From contig JACPJO010000004.1 in NCBI GenBank assembly GCA_016187485.1, forward strand, positions 56,306-120,305: a DNA stretch of 64,000 nucleotides, given 5' to 3'. Shown here one piece after another: positions 54,350-62,298 of this stretch. Source of the stretch: Candidatus Uhrbacteria bacterium (lineage in GTDB: Bacteria > Patescibacteriota > Patescibacteriia > UBA9934 > UBA10169). The translations under genes were made by a program, and so were the position numbers. Numbering within the stretch: position 1 is the stretch's first letter; each line of letters opens with the position of its first letter. The notes beneath the pieces are model-generated. The model was not told the origin of the DNA. It ran no database searches and was given only the letters and a program-made list of their open reading frames with translations.

Positions 54350-54619
54350 CTATTCTACCGGCTCAAGATAAAACTGGGTTTCGGACTCGAGGTCTGGCGG
54401 GGGAGGCGGGAGAGGAGGTTCCGGCTCCTTCCTTATCTCTGGCTTCGGCGGCTTCTCGGCAGGACGCGGTTGCTCTTTGGGCAGCTCACCTTTTCCATCC
54501 ACGAGCGTCTCGTAGCGTTCGGGACTCAACAGAACAAACGACTCCTCCTCCCCCATGACGATAAGCGGATGGCCTGTTTTTCTTGCAAGAGAGAGCAGGC
54601 GTTTGAGAGAGGCGTCCAT
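54350..54619 (-). CDS. Small hypothetical protein with a Phd/YefM-antitoxin-like N-terminal domain plus a Pro-rich low-complexity tail, between fusA and tuf
   Basis: GHPLIVMGEEESFVLLSPERYETL resembles the Phd/YefM core ([23 protein letters not shown]). Tail PKPEIRKEPEPPLPPPPPDLE. The antisense ORF 54302..54652 is rejected. Confidence 0.45.
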   Translation of the reverse strand: MDASLKRLLSLARKTGHPLIVMGEEESFVLLSPERYETLVDGKGELPKEQPRPAEKPPKPEIRKEPEPPLPPPPPDLESETQFYLEPVE

Positions 54620-54622
54620 AGA

Positions 54623-56713
54623 TTAAGCGCGACGCGCAGTTCCTTGTCGTGATTCGACAATCGTTTGGGCGATATTCGGCGGCACTTCGTCGTAGTGATC
54701 GAACTCCATCGTGTAGGACGCACGGCCTTGTGTGAGCGAGCGCACCGTTGTGGCATAGCCGAACATTTCGGCAAGCGGCACAAATGCGCGAATGACTTTC
54801 GCTTCCATCCGGTCCGACATCTCCTGGATTTGTCCCCGTTTGGAGTTCAAATCTCCCACCACCGTTCCCATAAATTCTTCCGGGGTGATGACTTCCACTT
54901 TCATGACAGGCTCAAGGAGCACGGGCTTGGCACGTTTGGCTGCATCTTGAAAGGCAAGCGAGCCGGCAATCTTAAAGGCTGCTTCAGATGAGTCCACTTC
55001 ATGGTAAGACCCGTCATACAAGTGAATACGAAAGTCCAGCACGGGATACCCAGCTACTACGCCGCGCTCGGCCGCTTCGATAATGCCCTTTTCAATAGGG
55101 TTGATGAACTCTTTGGGAATGACACCGCCCTTGATTTCGTTCAAGAACTCAAATCCTTTTCCCTGGTTGGGCTCCACACGCACGCGCGCATGGCCATACT
55201 GCCCCTTTCCCCCTGTTTGGCGGATAAATTTTCCTTCTCCTTCCGCCTCGAGGCGAATCGTCTCGCGGTACGCCACTTGCGGGCGCCCGACGTCAGCCTC
55301 TACTTTGTACTCGCGCTTCATGCGATCAATAATGATCTCCAAGTGAAGCTCGCCCATTCCTTTAATGATAGTCTGTCCAGATTCTTCATCGGACGCGACG
55401 TGGAATGTCGGGTCTTCTTCCGCAAGTTTTGCAAGCGCCATACCCATTTTTTCCTGATCGGCTTTTGTTTTTGGTTCGATGGCGACAGAAATAACAGGAT
55501 CGGGAAACGTGATGGACTCAAGTACGATGGGGTGATCCGGGTCGCACAGCGTGTTCCCCGTCGTCGTGCCGCGCAATCCCACGGCCGCCGCAATTTCTCC
55601 GGCATACACATCTTGCACTTCCTCACGGTGATTTGCGTGAAGACGCACAATGCGCCCAATCCGTTCTTTGTCCCCAGTGGAGGTATTGTACACGTATGAC
55701 CCCGCCTTCAGGTTGCCGGAATACACGCGGAAGAACACAAGCTTTCCGATGAAAGGGTCCGCGGCAACTTTAAAGGCAAGGGCAGCAAAAGGCTCGCTGT
55801 CACTTGCCTGACGCACTTCTTCTTTTTCGGGATCGTCCGGATGAAATCCTTTGACCGGAGGAATATCAAGCGGTGAGGGCAGATAATAGTTGACGGCATC
55901 AAGCAGCTGTTGAACCCCCTTATTCTTGAGCGCAGAGCCGCAGAGAATCGGAAAGACATCGCGCGCGATGGTTGCCTTACGAAGCGCCAAACGAATCTCG
56001 TCTACCGAAAGCTCCTCGCCCGCGAGGTAGCGCGTCATGAGAGCCTCGTCCGTCTCCACGATCGTCTCCAGAAGTTCGCTCCGATACTTCTGCGCCTGTT
56101 CCTTCAAGTCACTGGGAATATCCTGTTCCTCAATATCTTTTCCCAGATCATCGGTAAACGTGAAAGCACGCATGAGGATAAGATCCACCACACCCTGGAA
56201 ATTGTCCTCAGTGCCGATAGGAAGTTGAATCGGTCGAGCCTTTTTGGTAAGGCGCGCGTGAATGGACGCAACGTCTTTGTAAAAATCCGCACCGGTACGA
56301 TCAAGCTTGTTGATGAAACACACGCGCGGTACAGAGTACTTATCTGCTTGGCGCCACACCGTTTCCGACTGCGATTCCACACCTGCCACTCCGTCAAACA
56401 CGGTAACGCCGCCGTCAAGCACGCGCAGCGACCGCTCCACTTCTACGGTAAAGTCTACGTGACCGGGAGTATCAATAATGTTGTAGCGACACCCTTTCCA
56501 AAAACAGGTTGTTGCGGCAGCCGTGATGGTGATGCCGCGCTCACGTTCCTGTTCCATCCAGTCCATCGTCGCTTCCCCTTCATGCACTTCCCCAATCTTA
56601 TGCTTCTTCCCCGTGTAGAAAAGCACGCGCTCGGTTGTCGTGGTTTTCCCGGCATCAATGTGCGCAATAATGCCGAAGTTACGAGTTTGCTCAAGAGAAT
56701 ATTCGCGTGACAT
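54623..56713 (-). CDS. fusA: Elongation factor G
   Basis: [19 protein letters not shown]... Confidence 0.95.
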   Translation of the reverse strand: MSREYSLEQTRNFGIIAHIDAGKTTTTERVLFYTGKKHKIGEVHEGEATMDWMEQERERGITITAAATTCFWKGCRYNIIDTPGHVDFTVEVERSLRVLDGGVTVFDGVAGVESQSETVWRQADKYSVPRVCFINKLDRTGADFYKDVASIHARLTKKARPIQLPIGTEDNFQGVVDLILMRAFTFTDDLGKDIEEQDIPSDLKEQAQKYRSELLETIVETDEALMTRYLAGEELSVDEIRLALRKATIARDVFPILCGSALKNKGVQQLLDAVNYYLPSPLDIPPVKGFHPDDPEKEEVRQASDSEPFAALAFKVAADPFIGKLVFFRVYSGNLKAGSYVYNTSTGDKERIGRIVRLHANHREEVQDVYAGEIAAAVGLRGTTTGNTLCDPDHPIVLESITFPDPVISVAIEPKTKADQEKMGMALAKLAEEDPTFHVASDEESGQTIIKGMGELHLEIIIDRMKREYKVEADVGRPQVAYRETIRLEAEGEGKFIRQTGGKGQYGHARVRVEPNQGKGFEFLNEIKGGVIPKEFINPIEKGIIEAAERGVVAGYPVLDFRIHLYDGSYHEVDSSEAAFKIAGSLAFQDAAKRAKPVLLEPVMKVEVITPEEFMGTVVGDLNSKRGQIQEMSDRMEAKVIRAFVPLAEMFGYATTVRSLTQGRASYTMEFDHYDEVPPNIAQTIVESRQGTARRA

Positions 56714-56721
56714 AGAGGAAG

Positions 56722-57189
56722 TTAGCGAGCAAAGTGCGCGAAGGCGCGGTTGGACTCGGCCATACGTTGAACGTCTTCCTTTTTCTTGAAGGCTTCCCCT
56801 TCGCTGTTCGCGGCTGCAAGCAACTCATCCGCCAACTTTTGATACATGGGACGGCCTTTTTTCGAACGCGCGGCAAGCAAAATCCAGCGCGCCGCAAGCG
56901 TAAAACGGCGTTCGCCGCGCACAGGAATTGGCACTTGGTAATTCGCCCCGCCCACGCGGCGCGACTTCACTTCAAGTGAGGGAGAGACTTGCTTCATGGC
57001 CTGCTCGAAAACTTCGACGGGATTCTTCTTGGATTTTTGCTCAATAAGATCGAGCGCCTTGTACATGACGTCCTGTGCAATGGTTTTCTTGCCATCGTTC
57101 ATGACGTAATTAATAAACTTCGCCACCGACACGTTTTGGAACTTCGGGTCAGGGGCGATGAGACGTTTGGGGGCTTGTTTGCCACGCAT
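56722..57189 (-). CDS. rpsG: 30S ribosomal protein S7
   Basis: [17 protein letters not shown]... ATG at 57189. The track ORF extends to 57249. Confidence 0.9.
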   Translation of the reverse strand: MRGKQAPKRLIAPDPKFQNVSVAKFINYVMNDGKKTIAQDVMYKALDLIEQKSKKNPVEVFEQAMKQVSPSLEVKSRRVGGANYQVPIPVRGERRFTLAARWILLAARSKKGRPMYQKLADELLAAANSEGEAFKKKEDVQRMAESNRAFAHFAR

Positions 57190-57262
57190 AAAGGGTTCGG
57201 AGCTCGTTTCTTCCCCGCGTGATGAGGGTACTGCGAGTCTCCGGATCAATAAAAGTTAAATA

Positions 57263-57688
57263 TTACTTTTTGGTTTTGGCTTTGGGCTTCTTCGATCCGT
57301 AGCGCGAGCGCCCGCGGTTGCGTCCCTCCACTCCTTGCGCATCGTACACACCGCGCACCAAGTGATAACGCACACCCGGCAAGTCTTTCACGCGTCCGCC
57401 GCGCACCAGCACGATGGAGTGTTCTTGCAAATTGTGTCCTTCACCCGGAATGTAAGCCGTCACCTCCGTGCCGTTCGAAAGACGAACGCGCGCGATTTTG
57501 CGAATAGCGGAGTTTGGTTTCTTTGGCGTCATGGTCGTCACCTTCACACACACCCCGCGCTTAAAGGGGCTGGGAAGATTTGTACGCTTGCGGTGCAGCG
57601 AGTCGTAACGGTATTGCGTCGCCGGCGACTTGGATTTGCTCTTTGGGCTCTTGCGGCCTTTTCGGATGAGTTGTTGGACAGTTGGCAT
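57263..57688 (-). CDS. rpsL: 30S ribosomal protein S12
   Basis: [26 protein letters not shown] at 57688. The track ORF is extended. Confidence 0.9.
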   Translation of the reverse strand: MPTVQQLIRKGRKSPKSKSKSPATQYRYDSLHRKRTNLPSPFKRGVCVKVTTMTPKKPNSAIRKIARVRLSNGTEVTAYIPGEGHNLQEHSIVLVRGGRVKDLPGVRYHLVRGVYDAQGVEGRNRGRSRYGSKKPKAKTKK

Positions 57689-57738
57689 AAAAAGTGCCGG
57701 AACTGTAGCAAAGGATGAAAAAGGCGTCAATGCGTCCT

Positions 57739-58389
57739 CTAGCCAAAGAAACAGGCATCGCCCACAAGAACGCCACAGAGAGAAAAGACCCAACGAGAAA
57801 GAAACTGGAAGGGATTGAGCGGAGTGAGAAGCGAAAGGAATATGAGAAGGAAAAGAATTTGTGGGCCGCGTGTGAGAAGCCATGTGTGGAGATGCGCATG
57901 GCGTGGGTGGCTGGTAAGCGCAAGAAGAATCTTACTCCCATCCAGTGGGTGAATGGGGATGAGATTAAAGAGCGCCAGAGACAAATTCAAGATGAGGAGA
58001 AAAAGAAGAAAGGGAGTCAGGAGCGTCTCTGTTGCGGCAGGGGCAAGACTGCGTAGAGTAAGCGCGCTTACAAAGGCTAAAAGAATATTGGCGAAAGGCC
58101 CCGCCAAACCAATGACGACTCCGTCGCGAACGGGAGCGCGAAGATTGTAGGGGTTGTACGGGACAGGCTTGGCCCATCCAAAACCAAGAAACATCATGGC
58201 GAAAAACCCGACAAGGTCGAGATGCGCGAGGGGGTTGAGTGTCAGTCGCCCGTCACGCTCGGCCGTTTGATCCCCAAGCCACTTAGCAGAGAGCGCGTGA
58301 GAAAACTCATGCACGGTAAGAGAAAGCACAATCGCCACAAGCCAAAGGATGGCAAGAAGCGGCTCACGAAGAAGCCAAGAAAATATCAT
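57739..58389 (-). CDS. M50-family (site-2-protease-like) membrane zinc metalloprotease
   Basis: HExxH in TVHEFSHAL, a second motif [11 protein letters not shown], and multiple TM helices. Confidence 0.75.
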   Translation of the reverse strand: MIFSWLLREPLLAILWLVAIVLSLTVHEFSHALSAKWLGDQTAERDGRLTLNPLAHLDLVGFFAMMFLGFGWAKPVPYNPYNLRAPVRDGVVIGLAGPFANILLAFVSALTLRSLAPAATETLLTPFLLFLLILNLSLALFNLIPIHPLDGSKILLALTSHPRHAHLHTWLLTRGPQILFLLIFLSLLTPLNPFQFLSRWVFSLCGVLVGDACFFG

Positions 58390-58392
58390 ATC

Positions 58393-59739
58393 TTACGACA
58401 CCGATTCGCGTGTCAGACGCACGCCAATATCCAGCAACTTTTCTTCCAGTCGTTCATAGCCGCGGTCCAGATGCTCCACGCCGCGGAGGATCGACGTCCC
58501 TTCCGCCACCAGTGCCGCCACAACAAATGCAAGTCCGGCACGAATATCAGGAATCTGGATCTCGTCCGCCCGCAGAGCGGTGGGACCATTAATTACGGCC
58601 GAGTGCTTACTGTTCCCTCCACGAAAGCGGCAAGAAATTTCCCCAAGACAATTCGAGAATAAGGTCACATCCGCTCCCATGCGGTTCAGTGTTTCTGTAT
58701 ACCCAAAGCGCGATTCGTAGACGGTTTCGTGCACAATGGATGTCCCCGTCGCCTGCGTGAGCACCACGGCAAACGGCGCTTGCCAATCGGTGCGAAATCC
58801 CGGATACGTATCCGTCTCAAGTTTAATGCTCGAAAGAGGCCGCTCCGTCCAAAAACGAATACCGTCCTCGCGAATATCGAACAATCCGCCGATACGACGC
58901 ACGGTGTTTAAAAAAGTCATAAGGTGTTCGTGCACCGCACCCTTCACAAACACATCCCCTTTCGTCGCAAGCGCAATGCAAGCAAAACTCGCTGCTTCGA
59001 GCGGGTCGGGCATAACCTTCATGACACATCCGCCGAGCCGCTCCACGCCGACGATCTCCACGACACGCCCGGCGCCCACTTCGATAATCGCCCCCATCTT
59101 CTGCAACATTTTGATGAGTTCTAGAATCTCCGGCTCCACCGCCGCGTTGCGAATAACCGTGCGGCCTTTCGCCAAAACACCGGCAAGAATACCGGTCTCC
59201 GTTGCCCCCACCGAAGGATAAGGTAGGTCGATGAGCGCACCTTGAAGCGGGCGCGGGGCACGCGCCCTATACCCGTCGGGACGCTCTTCCACTTCCGCAC
59301 CCATCGCGCGCAACGCTTCGATATGCCACTGCACCGGCCGCTTCCCAATACGATCGCCATCAACAACGGGAACAAACGCTTCCCCTACCCTGTGCAGGAG
59401 CGGCGCGATAGCTAAAATGCTTATCCGGTTCTTCGCGGAAAGTCCGCGCACTTCCCCGCTTGGCACGGAACGCGTCTCAAGAGAGAGCGTGTGGTCCTGC
59501 CACAGGGCACGCGCACCGACCGATTCCACAATTTCCTGCGTGATCGTCGTCTCTCGATGCCGCGGAACATTCTCGAGCACAACAGACTCTTCAGTGAGGA
59601 GAGAAGCGATCATCATCTTTGATGCGGCATTTTTTGCCCCGGAGACCTCCACGCTCCCTTTGACCGGCTGGCCTCCCTCGACACGAAATAATTCCATAGA
59701 TTGGTCACCAGCATACCAGAAACGGACGGTTTCGGACAC
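58393..59739 (-). CDS. murA: UDP-N-acetylglucosamine 1-carboxyvinyltransferase
   Basis: VEVSGAKNAASKMMIASLL... Confidence 0.88.
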   Translation of the reverse strand: MSETVRFWYAGDQSMELFRVEGGQPVKGSVEVSGAKNAASKMMIASLLTEESVVLENVPRHRETTITQEIVESVGARALWQDHTLSLETRSVPSGEVRGLSAKNRISILAIAPLLHRVGEAFVPVVDGDRIGKRPVQWHIEALRAMGAEVEERPDGYRARAPRPLQGALIDLPYPSVGATETGILAGVLAKGRTVIRNAAVEPEILELIKMLQKMGAIIEVGAGRVVEIVGVERLGGCVMKVMPDPLEAASFACIALATKGDVFVKGAVHEHLMTFLNTVRRIGGLFDIREDGIRFWTERPLSSIKLETDTYPGFRTDWQAPFAVVLTQATGTSIVHETVYESRFGYTETLNRMGADVTLFSNCLGEISCRFRGGNSKHSAVINGPTALRADEIQIPDIRAGLAFVVAALVAEGTSILRGVEHLDRGYERLEEKLLDIGVRLTRESVS

Positions 59740-59745
59740 GTAATT

Positions 59746-60477
59746 CTACACGTTCATCGGTTGCTGTTTCTTTACCACCTCAGAGAGAAAAAGCGGCAGG
59801 ACACGAGACGCCTCAGGCGAGGGCCGGAGGCGAAGCATAACGTACTCAAGCTCACCGGGCGCACCGGCATACGTCTCATGGTACCCAATCAAACGCGCGG
59901 CGAGATCATCTTTATCAGACTCCGCCTGAAACTCCAACGCGTAAATCCCCTCGCCCGGAAAACTCCAGGCCATCGTGGAACACCCGTCAGAAGAAAGCAA
60001 AACGGCGGCTTCCTCCGGCGGACGTTCCATGCGATCCACATGCGCCAATTGGACAACAAAAGTGTCAGGAAGGTGTCGGAAGATCGGGTCCTGTGCCGCG
60101 GCCACGCATTTTCGGACGGTGTAGGAGCCGACCTCCCGGTGCTCTTCATCATGCGAGACGGATCCTCCAAAGGCAATCGTCAAAATGTGCGCGCCAAAAT
60201 TGATACCAAGCATGGGGATACGGCGGCGGCGCGCTTCATGCGCGAAACACGAAAAAGACTCAACGCGTTCTCGTGATTCGCGCAGAATGCACGTTTTTCC
60301 CGTCGCTCCGAGGATGATCGCATCTACTCCAGAGAGACGAATATCTTCCAAAGTTGTTTTGTGACTATCTATACCGTGAATATCCGAAGGAGGGAGACCG
60401 AGGCACTCTGTGATGCACGCGCGTTCGTGAGCGCGCATCTCCGGCTCAACACGGGATTGAATCAAAAGAATCTTCAT
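59746..60477 (-). CDS. Class I glutamine amidotransferase-like protein
   Basis: MKILLIQSRVEPEMRAHE...MLGINFGAHILTIAFGGSV. ATG at 60477. The track ORF extends to 60672. Confidence 0.6.
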   Translation of the reverse strand: MKILLIQSRVEPEMRAHERACITECLGLPPSDIHGIDSHKTTLEDIRLSGVDAIILGATGKTCILRESRERVESFSCFAHEARRRRIPMLGINFGAHILTIAFGGSVSHDEEHREVGSYTVRKCVAAAQDPIFRHLPDTFVVQLAHVDRMERPPEEAAVLLSSDGCSTMAWSFPGEGIYALEFQAESDKDDLAARLIGYHETYAGAPGELEYVMLRLRPSPEASRVLPLFLSEVVKKQQPMNV

Positions 60478-60861
60478 ACAACAGTCAACTCTAGCGCGAC
60501 CAAGCAATCTGTCAATAAAAACACGGAAAACAAACAACGTCGCGTTTGACTTCCCTTGTCGTAAAGTCAAAGCGACGTTGCATGGCGACCCCAGAGATTG
60601 CACGGGCATTGAATCCACCTTTCGGAGGACGGTATGTGAACGGACGTCTCTGACAGCCGAAGCCGTCTTCACGTTGTTTACATGGCCCTTACCCGCGTGA
60701 CCAGCCCTCTCTCCTCGAAGAGAGGGTATCGGACAAAATGGTTTGAAAGTGTGCCCGCGGTTCCTCTGAAGTCACTTAAGAGTGTATCACTCAAATATGG
60801 ATTTGTCGTGAGACGCAAGGAAAAATACTCCGTGGTTATCCCACCTGTATCCACAGATTAT

Positions 60862-60891
60862 GCACAAACGAAAGACCAGCCGAGGCTGGTC
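60862..60891 (-). terminator. Rho-independent terminator (GACCAGCC-GAG-GGCTGGTC plus T-rich tail on the minus strand) after the 130-aa foreign gene
   Basis: Perfect 8-bp stem. On the minus strand it is followed by TTTCGTTTGTG. Confidence 0.5.
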
Positions 60892-60946
60892 GAGCAGAAA
60901 GAAGGTACGAATAGGCCAGAATGCTACGGGTCGAGCTCCCCGATAG

Positions 60947-61339
60947 CTAGACGGAGCAGGCGCCCCAGTGGCGACCGCTGTTGGCCGCACGGCGGGTGCC
61001 GCGGCGAATGACGGCGTACGTGCCGGTGTTGGCGCGCACGCGCTCGAGACCGAGGACGCGGCGCAAGTTCTGGTAGAGGCCCTTGGGCTCCTCGAAGCGC
61101 CACGCGTTCACGGCGATGCGGCGCTTGGCCCCGCGCGCCCACTCGGGCGCATCTTCCGGGCTCTCCTCCACCACCCAGCCCCGTCCGAGCGGCTTGCTGT
61201 AGATGGCCGTCACCTCCACTCCGGCGAACGCCTCACTGTCGAGCAGGAAGTGCACCTGAACCTTCAGGCGCTTTTCGAGCATCTTCGTGAGGGCGTCGAA
61301 GTGCGGGTCGTCGGCCACCACCACCGTGCTATCAGGCAT
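60947..61339 (-). CDS. Hypothetical 130-aa protein with compositionally foreign (high GC3) codon usage
   Basis: MPDSTVVVADDPHFDALTKMLEKRLKVQVHFLLDSEAFAGVEVTAIYSKPLGRGWVVEE... ATG at 61339. The track ORF extends to 61447. Confidence 0.5.
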   Translation of the reverse strand: MPDSTVVVADDPHFDALTKMLEKRLKVQVHFLLDSEAFAGVEVTAIYSKPLGRGWVVEESPEDAPEWARGAKRRIAVNAWRFEEPKGLYQNLRRVLGLERVRANTGTYAVIRRGTRRAANSGRHWGACSV

Positions 61340-61440
61340 GAAACTCTCTCCCTTATGATTCAAGCCGGGCCTTGAATCACGACACGAGGGAAAACGTGCT
61401 CCGGAGACGATGCACCGCATGCACCGTCTTCGGAACATTT

Positions 61441-61472
61441 TCATCAAAAACCGCGCTCTACTCCGAGCGCGG
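61441..61472 (-). terminator. Orphan hairpin CCGCGCTC-TACTCC-GAGCGCGG with a T-run (TTTTTGATGA) on the minus strand, in the divergent ndk intergenic region
   Basis: Seen directly. Perfect 8-bp GC stem. Confidence 0.4.
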
Positions 61473-61678
61473 CTTCATGGTCTCTTTTAAAGATAGCTTA
61501 CCCATGAGCCCGCTCGTCTGCATAATCAAAGGCAACAAACGCAATGTTCGTGTAGAGCTTAAATGCCTTTGTGCCCATGCAAGCTGTCATATCTGTATTT
61601 AGGTTATCAGAACACGAGAATGCGTCAAGGCTTGCTTTTCCACAGAGATTTGTATATTATTTTGGCCAAATTCTTCTT

Positions 61679-62278
61679 ATGTCTAGCCAACATCCAAAAC
61701 AAGAGCGTACATTCCTCATGGTAAAGCCCGATGGTGTGAAGCGCGGCCTCACGGGCGAGATCATTCGCCGGCTTGAACAGCGCGGCCTCAAAATCGTCGC
61801 CCTCGAAATGTTCCAGGCGACCCTGGAGCAAGTAGATAACCACTATCCCAAAGAAGAAGCGTGGATTCGCCGCTTGGGACAAAAGACGCTGGCGACGTAC
61901 GAAAAGTACGGGTTTGATGTGATGACAGACATGGGAACGAAAGATGATTTGGAACTTGGAAAGATGGTGCGCGGGTGGCTCATCCAGTTTATGGTGAGCG
62001 CGCCTATGGTGCGCATGGTCATAGAGGGCGTTCACGCCGTGGACATGGTACGGAAAATTTCAGGTCCCACAATGCCCTATGCCGCCGAGATGGGAACTAT
62101 TCGCGGAGACTACTCGGTAGACTCTGCCGCTGCGGCAAACAAAGAAAAGCGTCCGGTGCATAACATCGTGCACGCCAGTGAAACGGCCGAAGAGGCGGCG
62201 CACGAAATCGCCCATTGGTTCGGAAGTGGAGACCACATCTATACATACTCTCGAGGAGAAGAAGAGATGATGTTTTAG
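61679..62278 (+). CDS. ndk: Nucleoside diphosphate kinase with a roughly 35-aa insertion after the HYPKEE segment
   Basis: ERTFLMVKPDGVKRGLTGEIIRRLEQRGLKIVALEM...GTIRGDYSVDS...NIVHASETAEEAAHEIAHWF. ATG at 61679. The track ORF starts at 61571. Confidence 0.88.
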   Translation: MSSQHPKQERTFLMVKPDGVKRGLTGEIIRRLEQRGLKIVALEMFQATLEQVDNHYPKEEAWIRRLGQKTLATYEKYGFDVMTDMGTKDDLELGKMVRGWLIQFMVSAPMVRMVIEGVHAVDMVRKISGPTMPYAAEMGTIRGDYSVDSAAAANKEKRPVHNIVHASETAEEAAHEIAHWFGSGDHIYTYSRGEEEMMF

Positions 62279-62298
62279 GCGGATCCTGTCAGCAAACC

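Noticed and set aside
54302-54652. 116-aa plus-strand ORF opposite the Phd/YefM-like ORF (possible toxin partner?)
   Set aside because: Basic, low-complexity, no toxin-family motifs. Antisense overlap rather than an adjacent gene.
60478-60870. Possible structured ncRNA (RNase P, SRP or tmRNA) in the long intergenic region
   Set aside because: None of the conserved hallmark sequences are present by eye (RNase P GGAAAGUCCGGGC / AGGGUGAAA, tmRNA T-loop plus ACCA end, SRP domain IV).
60682-61011. 109-aa plus-strand ORF in the GATase leader region
   Set aside because: It overlaps the minus-strand foreign gene and terminator and has no supporting features. The region is more likely non-coding leader.
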